A program made the translations under genes and the position numbers. The notes beneath the pieces are model-generated. The model did not search any database. It was not told where the DNA came from and was given only the letters and a program-made list of their open reading frames with translations. Positions 53,489 to 64,000 of a stretch of DNA of 64,000 nucleotides are shown here, piece by piece; positions within the stretch are counted from its first letter, which is position 1; the number at the start of each line of letters is the position of its first letter. The DNA is from Eledone cirrhosa. Its lineage: Eukaryota. The stretch is from the NCBI GenBank assembly GCA_964016885.1, contig OZ024745.1, positions 59,954,001-60,018,000 of the forward strand, in the 5' to 3' direction.

Positions 53489-55996
53489 GACTTGGAGTGA
53501 AAACCTCGACTTGGAGTGAGAACCTCGACTTGGAGTGAGAACCTCGACTTGGAGTGAAAACCTCGACTTGGAGTGAGAACCTCGACTTGGAGTGAAAACC
53601 TCGACTTGGAGTGAGAACCTCGACTTGGAGTGAAAACCTCAACTTGGAGTGAGAACCTCGACTTGGAGTGAAAACCTCGACTTGGAGTGAAAACCTCGAC
53701 TTGGAGTGAGAACCTCGACTTGGAGTGAGAACCTCGATTTGGAGTGAAAACCTCGACTTGGAGTGAGAACCTCGACTTGGAGTGAGAACCTCGACTTGGA
53801 GTGAGAACATCGACTTGGAGTGAGAACCTCGACTTGGAGTGAGAACCTCGACTTGGAGTGAGAACCTCGACTTGGAGTGAGAACCTCGACTTGGAGTGAA
53901 AACCTCGACTTGGAGTGAGAACCTCGACTTGGAGTGAAAACCTCGACTTGGAGTGAGAACCTCGACTTGGAGTGAAAACCTCGACTTGGAGTGAGAACCT
54001 CGACTTGGAGTGAGAACCTCGACTTTGAGTGAAAACCTCGACTTGGAGAGAGAACCTCGACTTGGAGTGAGAACCTCGACTTTGAGTGAAAACCTCGACT
54101 TGGAGTGAGAACCTCGACTTTGAGTGAAAACCTCGACTTGGAGTGAGAACCTCGACTTGGAGTGAGAACCTCGACTTGGAGTGAGAACCTCGACTTGGAG
54201 TGGAAACCTCGACTTGGAGTGAGAACCTCGACTTGGAGTGAAAACCTCGACTTGGAGTGAGAACCTCGACTTGGAGTGAAAACCTCGACTTGGAGTGAAA
54301 ACCTCGACTTGGAGTGAAAACCTCGACTTGGAGTGAGAACCTCGACTTGGAGTGAAAACCTCGACTTGGAGTGAGAACCTCGACTTGGAGTGAAAACCTC
54401 GACTTGGAGTGAGAACCTCGACTTGGAGTGAAAACCTCGACTTGGAGTGAGAACCTCGACTTGGAGTGAGAACCTCGACTTTGTGTGAAAACCTCGACTT
54501 GGAGAGAGAACCTCGACTTGGAGTGAGAACCTCGACTTTGAGTGAAAACCTCGACTTGGAGTGAGAACCTCGACTTTGAGTGAAAACCTCGACTTGGAGT
54601 GAGAACCTCGACTTGGAGTGAAAACCTCGACTTGGAGTGAAAACCTCGACTTGGAGTGAGAACCTCGACTTGGAGTGGAAACCTCGACTTGGAGTGGAAA
54701 CCTCGACTTGGAGTGAAAACCTCGACTTGGAGTGAGAACCTCGACTTGGAGTGAGAACCTCGACTTGGAGTGAGAACCTCGACTTGGAGTGAGAACCTCG
54801 ACTTGGAGTGAGAACCTCGACTTGGAGTGAGAACCTCGACTTGGAGTGAGAACCTCGACTAGGAGTGAGAACCTCGACTTGGAGTGAAAACCTCGACTAG
54901 GAGTGAGAACCTCGACTTGGAGTGAGAACCTCGACTTGGAGTGAGAACCTCGACTTGGAGTGAGAACCTCGACTTGGAGTGAGAACCTCGACTTGGAGTG
55001 AGAACCTCGACTTGCAGTGAAAACCTCGACTTGGAGTGAGAACCTCGACTTGCAGTGAAAACCTCGACTTGGAGTGAGAACCTCGACTTGCAGTGAAAAC
55101 CTCGACTTGGAGTGAGAACCTCGACTTGGAGTGAAAACCTCGACTTGCAGTGAAAACCTCGACTTGGAGTGAGAACCTCGACTTGGAGTGAAAACCTCGA
55201 CTTGGAGTGAAAACCTCGACTTGGAATGAAGACCTCGACTTGGAATGAGAACCTCGACTTGGAGTGAGAACCTCGACTTGGAGTGAGAACCTCGACTTGG
55301 AGTGAGAACCTCGACTTGGAGTGAGAACCTCGACTTGGAGTGTAAACTGCGACTCTGAGTGAAAACCTCGACGTGGAGTAAGAACCTCGACTTGGAGTGA
55401 AAACCTCGACTTGGAGTGAGAACCTCGACTTGGAGTGAGAACCTCGACTTGGAGTGAAAACCTCGACTTGGAGTGAAAACCTCGACTTGGAGTGAAAACC
55501 TCGACTTGGAGTGAGAACCTCGACTTGGAGTGAAAACCTCGACTTGGAGTGAAAACCTCGACTTGGAGTGAGAACCTCGACTTGGAGTGAGAACCTCGAC
55601 TTGGAGTGAGAACCTCGACTTGGAGTGTAAACTGCGACTCTGAGTGAAAACCTCGACTTGGAGTGAGAACCTCGACTTGGAGTGAAAACCTCGACTTGGA
55701 GTGAGAACCTCGACTTGGAGTCAGAACCTCGACTTGGAGTCAGAACCTCAACTTGGAGTCAGAACCTCGACTTGGAGTCAGAACCTCGACTTGGAGTCAG
55801 AACCTCGACTTGGAGTGAAAACCTCGACTTGGAGTGAAAACCTCGACTTGGAGTGAGAACCTCGACTTGGAGTGAGAACCTCGACTTGGAGTGAAAACCT
55901 CGACTTGGAGTGAGAACCTCTACTTGGAGTGAAAACCTCGACTTGGAGTGTAAACTGCGACTTGGAGTGAGAACCTCGACTTGGAGTGAAAACCTC

Positions 55997-56452
55997 GACT
56001 TGGAGTGTAAACTGCGACTTGGAGTGTAAACTGCGACTTGGAGTGTAATGTACAACTTGGAGCATAATGTACAACTTGGAGCATAATGTACGACTTGGAG
56101 CATAATGTACGACTTAGAGTGTAATGTAGGACTTAGAGTGTAATGTAGGACTTAGAGTGTAATGTAGGACTTAGAGTGTAATGTAGGACTTAGAGTGTAA
56201 TGTAGGACTAGGAGCATAATGTAGGACTAGGAGCATAATGTACGACTTGGAGTGTAATGTAGGACTTGGAGTGTAATGTAGGACTTGGAGTGTAAACTGC
56301 GAGTTGAAATATAAATTGCGACTTGGATTGTAAACCTTGACTTGCAGTGTATTGAACAACTTGGGGTGTATACTGCGGCTTGGAGTGTAAACTGCGGCTC
56401 CGAATATAAACTACGACTTGCAGTGTCATATATGACTCTGAGTGAAAACCTC
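55997..56452 (+). repeat. Island 20
   Basis: Same block; spacing 156 monomers. Confidence 0.96.
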
Positions 56453-59400
56453 GACTTGGAGTGAAAACCTCGACTTGGAGTGAGAACCTCGACTTGGAGT
56501 GAGAACCTCGACTTGGAGTGAAAACCTCGACTTGGAGTGAGAACCTCGACTTGGAGTGAAAACCTCGACTTGGAGTGAAAACCTCGACTTGGAGTGAGAA
56601 CCTCGACTTGGAGTGAAAACCTCGACTTGGAGTGAGAACCTCGACTTGGAGTGAAAACCTCGACTTGGAGTGAAAACCTCGACTTGGAGTGAGAACCTCG
56701 ACTTGGAGTGAGAACCTCGACTTGGAGTGAGAACCTCGACTTGGAGTGAGAACCTCGACTTGGAGTGAGAACCTCGACTTGGAGTGAGAACCTCGACTTG
56801 GAGTGAGAACCTCGACTTGGAGTGAGAACCTCGACTTGGAGTGAGAACCTCGACTTGGAGTGAGAACCTCGACTTGGAGTGAAAACCTCGACTTGGAGTG
56901 AGAACCTCGACTTGGAGTGAGAACCTCGACTTGGAGTGAGAACCTCGACTTGGAGTGAAAACTTCGACTTGGAGTGAGAACCTCGACTTGGAGTGAGAAC
57001 CTCGACTTGGAGTGAGAACCTCGACTTGGAGTGGAAACCTCGACTTGGAGTGAGAACCTCGACTTGGAGTGAGAACCTCGACTTGGAGTGAGAACCTCGA
57101 CTTGGAGTGAGAACCTCGACTTGGAGTGAGAACCTCGACTTGGAGTGAAAACCTCGACTTGGAGTGAGAACCTCGACTTGGAGTGAAAACCTCGATTTGG
57201 AGTGAGAACCTCGACTTGGAGTGAAAACCTCGACTTGGAGTGAGAACCTCGACTTGGAGTGAGAACCTCGACTTGGAGTGAGAACCTCGACTTGGAGTGA
57301 GAACCTCGACTTTGAGTGAAAACCTCGACTTGGAGAGAGAACCTCCACTTGGAGTGAGAACCTCGACTTTGAATGAAAACCTCGACTTGGAGTGAGAACC
57401 TCGACTTTGAGTGAAAACCTCGACTTGGAGTGAGAACCTCGACTTGGAGTGAGAACCTCGACTTGGAGTGAGAACCTCGACTTGGAGTGGAAACCTCGAC
57501 TTGGAGTGAGAACCTCGACTTGGAGTGAAAACCTCGACTTGGAGTGAGAACCTCGACTTGGAGTGAAAACCTCGACTTGGAGTGAGAACCTCGACTTGGA
57601 GTGAAAACCTCGACTTGGAGTGAGAACCTCGACTTGGAGTGAAAACCTCGACTTGGAGTGAGAACCTCGACTTGGAGTGAAAACCTCGACTTGGAGTGAG
57701 AACCTCGACTTGGAGTGAAAACCTCGACTTGGAGTGAGAACCTCGACTTGGAGTGAAAACCTCGACTTGGAGTGAGAACCTCGACTTGGAGTGAGAACCT
57801 CGACTTTGAGTGAAAACCTCGACTTGGAGAGAGAACCTCGACTTGGAGTGAGAACCTCGACTTTGAGTGAAAACCTCGACTTGGAGTGAGAACCTCGACT
57901 TTGAGTGAAAACCTCGACTTGGAGTGAGAACCTCGACTTGGAGTGAAAACCTCGACTTGGAGTGAAAACCTCGACTTGGAGTGAGAACCTCGACTTGGAG
58001 TGGAAACCTCGACTTGGAGTGAGAACCTCGACTTGGAGTGAAAACCTCGACTTGGAGTGAGAACCTCGACTTGGAGTGAGAACCTCGACTTGGAGTGAGA
58101 ACCTCGACTTGGAGTGAGAACCTCGACTTGGAGTGAGAACCTCGACTTGGAGTGATAACCTCGACTTGGAGTGAGAACCTCGACTTGGAGTGAGAACCAC
58201 GACTTGGAGTGAAAACCTCGACTTGGAGTGAAAACCTCGACTTGGAGTGAAAACCTCGACTTGGAGTGAAAACCTCGACTTGGAGTGAGAACCTCGACTT
58301 GGAGTGACAACCTCGACTTGGAGTGAAAACCTCGACTTGGAGTGAAAACCTCGACTTGGAGTGAAAACCTCGACTTGGAGTGAGAACCTCGACTTGGAGT
58401 GAGAACCTCGACTTGGAGTGAAAACCTCGACTTGGAGTGAGAACCTCGACTTGGAGTGAGAACCTCGACTTGGAGTGAAAACCTCGATTGGAGTGAGAAC
58501 CTCGACTTGGAGTGAGAACCTCGACTTGGAGTGAGAACCTCGACGTGGAGTGAGAACCTCGACTTGGAGTGAGAACCTCGACTTGGAGTGAAAACCTCGA
58601 CTTGGAGTGAGAACCTCGACTTGGAGTGAAAACCTCGACTTGGAGTGAAAACCTCGACTTGGAGTGAGAACCTCGACTTGGAGTGAGAACCTCGACTTGG
58701 AGTGAGAACCTCGACTTGGAGTGTAAACTGCGACTCTGAGTGAAAACCTCGACTTGGAGTGAGAACCTCGACTTGGAGTGAAAACCTCGACTTGGAGTGA
58801 GAACCTCGACTTGGAGTCAGAACCTCGACTTGGAGTCAGAACCTCGACTTGGAGTCAGAACCTCGACTTGGAGTCAGAACCTCGACTTGGAGTCAGAACC
58901 TCGACTTGGAGTGAAAACCTCGACTTGGAGTGAAAACCTCGACTTGGAGTGAGAACCTCGACTTGGAGTCAGAACCTCGACTTGGAGTGAAAACCTCGAC
59001 TTGGAGTGAAAACCTCGACTTGGAGTGAGAACCTCGACTTGGAGTGAGAACCTCGACTTGGAGTGAAAACCTCGACTTGGAGTGAGAACCTCTACTTGGA
59101 GTGAGAACCTCGACTTGGAGTGAGAACCTCGACTTGGAGTGAGAACCTCGACTTGGAGTGAGAACCTCGACTTGGAGTGTAAACTGCGACTCTGAGTGAA
59201 AACCTCGACTTGGAGTGAGAACCTCGACTTGGAGTGAAAACCTCGACTTGGAGTGAGAACCTCGACTTGGAGTCAGAACCTCGACTTGGAGTCAGAACCT
59301 CGACTTGGAGTCAGAACCTCGACTTGGAGTGAAAACCTCGACTTGGAGTGAAAACCTCGACTTGGAGTGAAAACCTCGACTTGGAGTGAAAACCTCGACT

Positions 59401-61068
59401 AGGAGTGAGAACCTCGACTTGGAGTGAGAACCTCGACTTGGAGTGAGAACCTCGACTTGGAGTGAGAACCTCGACTTGGAGTGAGAACCTCGACTTGGAG
59501 TGAGAACCTCGACTTGCAGTGAAAACCTCGACTTGGAGTGAGAACCTCGACTTGGAGTGAGAACCTCGACTTGGAGTGAGAACCTCGACTTGGAGTGAGA
59601 ACCTCGACTTGGAGTGTAAACTGCAACTCTGAGTGAAAACCTCGACGTGGAGTGAGAACCTCCACTTGGAGTGAGAACCTCGACTTGGAGTGAAAACCTC
59701 GACTTGGAGTGAGAACCTCGACTTGGAGTGAGAACCTCGACTTGGAGTGAGAACCTCGACGTGTAGTGAGAACCTCGACTTGGAGTGAGAACCTCGACTT
59801 GGAGTGAGAACCTCGACTTGGAGTGAAAACCTCGACTTGGAGTGAAAACCTCGACTTGGAGTGAAAACCTCGACTTGGAGTGAAAACCTCGACTAGGAGT
59901 GAGAACCTCGACTTGGAGTGAGAACCTCGACTTGGAGTGAGAACCTCGACTTGGAGTGAGAACCTCGACTTGGAGTGAGAACCTCGACTTGGAGTGAGAA
60001 CCTCGACTTGCAGTGAAAACCTCGACTTGGAGTGAGAACCTCGACTTGCAGTGAAAACCTCGACTTGGAGTGAGAACCTCGACTTGCAGTGAAAACCTCG
60101 ACTTGGAGTGAGAACCTCGACTTGGAGTGAAAACCTCGACTTGCAGTGAAAACCTCGACTTGGAGTGAGAACCTCGACTTGGAGTGAAAACCTCGACTTG
60201 GAGTGAAAACCTCGACTTGGAATGAAGACCTCGACTTGGAGTGAGAACCTCGACTTGGAGTGAGAACCTCGACTTGGAGTGAGAACCTCGACTTGGAGTG
60301 AGAACCTCGACTTGGAGTGAGAACCTCGACTTGGAGTGTAAACTGCGACTCTGAGTGAAAACCTCGACGTGGAGTGAGAACCTCGACTTGGAGTGAAAAC
60401 CTCGACTTGGAGTGAGAACCTCGACTTGGAGTGAGAACCTCGACTTGGAGTGAAAACCTCGACTTGGAGTGAAAACCTCGACTTGGAGTGAAAACCTCGA
60501 CTTGGAGTGAGAACCTCGACTTGGAGTGAAAACCTCGACTTGGAGTGAAAACCTCGACTTGGAGTGAGAACCTCGACTTGGAGTGAGAACCTCGACTTGG
60601 AGTGAGAACCTCGACTTGGAGTGTAAACTGCGACTCTGAGTGAAAACCTCGACTTGGAGTGAGAACCTCGACTTGGAGTGAAAACCTCGACTTGGAGTGA
60701 GAACCTCGACTTGGAGTCAGAACCTCGACTTGGAGTCAGAACCTCGACTTGGAGTCAGAACCTCGACTTGGAGTCAGAACCTCGACTTGGAGTCAGAACC
60801 TCGACTTGGAGTGAAAACCTCGACTTGGAGTGAAAACCTCGACTTGGAGTGAGAACCTCGACTTGGAGTCAGAACCTCGACTTGGAGTGAAAACCTCGAC
60901 TTGGAGTGAAAACCTCGACTTGGAGTGAGAACCTCGACTTGGAGTGAGAACCTCGACTTGGAGTGAAAACCTCGACTTGGAGTGAGAACCTCTACTTGGA
61001 GTGAAAACCTCGACTTGGAGTGTAAACTGCGACTTGGAGTGAGAACCTCGACTTGGAGTGAAAACCTC

Positions 61069-61524
61069 GACTTGGAGTGTAAACTGCGACTTGGAGTGTA
61101 AACTGCGACTTGGAGTGTAATGTACAACTTGGAGCATAATGTACAACTTGGAGCATAATGTACGACTTGGAGCATAATGTACGACTTAGAGTGTAATGTA
61201 GGACTTAGAGTGTAATGTAGGACTTAGAGTGTAATGTAGGACTTAGAGTGTAATGTAGGACTTAGAGTGTAATGTAGGACTAGGAGCATAATGTAGGACT
61301 AGGAGCATAATGTACGACTTGGAGTGTAATGTAGGACTTGGAGTGTAATGTAGGACTTGGAGTGTAAACTGCGAGTTGAAATATAAATTGCGACTTGGAT
61401 TGTAAACCTTGACTTGCAGTGTATTGAACAACTTGGGGTGTATACTGCGGCTTGGAGTGTAAACTGCGGCTCCGAATATAAACTACGACTTGCAGTGTCA
61501 TATATGACTCTGAGTGAAAACCTC
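61069..61524 (+). repeat. Island 21
   Basis: Same block; spacing 267 monomers minus 1 bp. Confidence 0.96.
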
Positions 61525-63272
61525 GACTTGGAGTGAAAACCTCGACTTGGAGTGAGAACCTCGACTTGGAGTGAGAACCTCGACTTGGAGTGAAAACCTC
61601 GACTTGGAGTGAGAACCTCGACTTGGAGTGAAAACCTCGACTTGGAGTGAAAACCTCGACTTGGAATGAGAACCTCGACTTGGAGTGAAAACCTCGACTT
61701 GGAGTGAAAACCTCGACTTGGAGTGAAAACCTCGACTTGGAGTGAGAACCTCGACTTGGAGTGAGAACCTCGACTTGGAGTGACAACCTCGACTTGGAGT
61801 GGAAACCTCGACTTGGAGTGAAAACCTCGACTTGGAGTGAATACCTCGACTTGGAATGAGAACCTCGACTTGGAGTGAGAACCTCGACTTGGAGTGAAAA
61901 CCTCGACTTGGAGTGAGAACCTTGACTTGGAGTGAGAACCTCGACTTGGAGTGAAAACCTCGACTTGGAGTGAGAACCTCGACTTGGAGTGAGAACCTCG
62001 ACTTGGAGTGAGAACCTCGACGTGGAGTGAGAACCTCGACTTGGAGTGAGAACCTCGACTTGGAGTGAAAACCTCGACTTGGAGTGAGAACCTCGACTTG
62101 GAGTGAAAACCTCGACTTGGTGTGAGAACCTCGACTTGGAGTGAGAACCTCGACTTGGAGTGAAAACCTCGACTTGGAGTGAAAACCTCGACTTGGAGTG
62201 AAAACCTCGACTTGGAGTGAGAACCTCGACTTGGAGTGAGAACCTCGACTTGGAGTGAGAACCTCGACTTGGAGTGAGAACCTCGACTTGCAGTGAAAAC
62301 CTCGACTTGGAGTGAGAACCTCGACTTGCAGTGAAAACCTCGACTTGGAGTGAGAACCTCGACTTGCAGTGAAAACCTCGACTTGGAGTGAGAACCTCGA
62401 CTTGGAGTGAAAACCTCGACTTGCAGTGAAAACCTCGACTTGGAGTGAGAACCTCGACTTGGAGTGAAAACCTCGACTTGGAGTGAAAACCTCGACTTGG
62501 AATGAAAACCTCGACTTGGAGTGAGAACCTCGACTTGGAGTGAGAACCTCGACTTGGAGTGAGAACCTCGACTTGGAGTGAGAACCTCGACTTGGAGTGA
62601 GAACCTCGACTTGGAGTGAGAACCTCGACTTGGAGTGTAAACTGCGACTCTGAGTGAAAACCTCGACTTGGAGTGAGAACCTCGACTTGGAGTGAAAACC
62701 TCGACTTGGAGTGAGAACCTCGACTTGGAGTGAAAACCTCGACTTGGAGTGAAAACCTCGACTTGGAGTGAAAACCTCGACTTGGAGTGAGAACCTCGAC
62801 TTGGAGTGAAAACCTCGACTTGGAGTGAAAACCTCGACTTGGAGTGAGAACCTCGACTTGGAGTGAGAACCTCGACTTGGAGTGAGAACCTCGACTTGGA
62901 GTGAGAACCTCGACTTGGAGTGTAAACTGCGACTCTGAGTGAAAACCTCGACTTGGAGTGAGAACCTCGACTTGGAGTGAAAACCTCGACTTGGAGTGAG
63001 AACCTCGACTTGGAGTCAGAACCTCGACTTGGAGTCAGAACCTCGACTTGGAGTCAGAACCTCGACTTGGAGTCAGAACCTCGACTTGGAGTGAAAACCT
63101 CGACTTGGAGTGAAAACCTCGACTTGGAGTGAGAACCTCGACTTGGAGTGAGAACCTCGACTTGGAGTGAAAACCTCGACTTGGAGTGAGAACCTCTACT
63201 TGGAGTGAAAACCTCGACTTGGAGTGTAAACTGCGACTTGGAGTGAGAACCTCGACTTGGAGTGAAAACCTC

Positions 63273-63728
63273 GACTTGAAGTGTAAACTGCGACTTGGAG
63301 TGTAAACTGCGACTTGGAGTGTAATGTACAACTTGGAGCATAATGTACAACTTGGAGCATAATGTACGACTTGGAGCATAATGTACGACTTAGAGTGTAA
63401 TGTAGGACTTAGAGTGTAATGTAGGACTTAGAGTGTAATGTAGGACTTAGAGTGTAATGTAGGACTTAGAGTGTAATGTAGGACTAGGAGCATAATGTAG
63501 GACTAGGAGCATAATGTACGACTTGGAGTGTAATGTAGGACTTGGAGTGTAATGTAGGACTTGGAGTGTAAACTGCGAGTTGAAATATAAATTGCGACTT
63601 GGATTGTAAACCTTGACTTGCAGTGTATTGAACAACTTGGGGTGTATACTGCGGCTTGGAGTGTAAACTGCGGCTCCGAATATAAACTACGACTTGCAGT
63701 GTCATATATGACTCTGAGTGAAAACCTC
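63273..63728 (+). repeat. Island 22
   Basis: Same block; spacing 116 monomers; first monomer is the GACTTGAAG variant. Confidence 0.96.
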
Positions 63729-64000
63729 GACTTGGAGTGAAAACCTCGACTTGGAGTCAGAACCTCGACTTGGAGTGAGAACCTCGACTTGGAGTGAGAA
63801 CCTCGACTTGGAGTGAAAACCTCGACTTGGAGTGAGAACCTCGACTTGGAGTGAGAACCTCGACTTGGAGTGAGAACCTCGACTTGGAGTGAAAACCTCG
63901 ACTTGGAGTGAGAACCTCGACTTGGAGTGAAAACCTCGACTTGGAGTGAAAACCTCGACTTGGAGTGAAAACCTCGACTTGGAGTGAAAACCTCGACTTG

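Larger units (their letters stand above)
1..64000 (+). repeat. 19-bp tandem satellite array, consensus GACTTGGAGTGA[G/A]AACCTC, about 3,370 monomers, running off both window ends
   Basis: The monomer is readable throughout. GAC starts at position 7 and recurs every 19 bp. The last GAC is at 63995 = 7 + 19x3368 - 4, matching the two deletions seen (3 bp near 11954, 1 bp near 58487). Two co-dominant variants (GAGAA and GAAAA) are interspersed with rare single-base variants. Confidence 0.99.

Noticed and set aside
1-64000. Telomerase-synthesised telomeric repeat
   Set aside because: It does not match a telomere motif I recognise and strand G-skew is weak. Multi-kb higher-order copying of variants indicates recombination-based amplification. 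A subtelomeric location cannot be excluded.
1-64000. Assignment to a named satellite family, organism or centromere function
   Set aside because: I do not recognise the monomer with confidence. This needs BLASTN or Dfam/Repbase searches and CENH3/CENP-A data.
1-64000. Hairpins, inverted segments or G-quadruplexes
   Set aside because: Only a 4-bp palindrome (TCGA; GTCGAC in rare variants) occurs per monomer. I saw no strand switch, and G-runs are mostly GG.
1-64000. Whole window as a synthetic or assembly artefact
   Set aside because: Hierarchical, lineage-like sharing of variants plus private mutations is what natural satellite evolution produces. Individual duplications still need read validation.

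Overview
The whole 64-kb window is one uninterrupted head-to-tail tandem array of a 19-bp monomer (consensus GACTTGGAGTGA[G/A]AACCTC, about 3,370 copies, all in one orientation). It is most likely eukaryotic satellite DNA (centromeric, pericentromeric or subtelomeric); the organism cannot be identified from sequence alone. I find no credible genes, RNA genes, transposons or CRISPR arrays. The long minus-strand ORFs arise because the reverse complement of the monomer has no stop codon in any frame. The array is highly structured. It is punctuated 22 times by a conserved 418-456 bp island of 22-24 diverged but in-phase monomers, which defines variable-length higher-order repeat (HOR) units of 1.25-5.8 kb. 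Most units carry rare monomer variants in a fixed, polar order, including a two-monomer 'collapsed island'. Units are nested within larger duplications (offsets of about 0.7, 1.9, 2.1, 7.9-10 and 33.5 kb). The 19-bp register is kept across the window apart from two deletions (3 bp and 1 bp).
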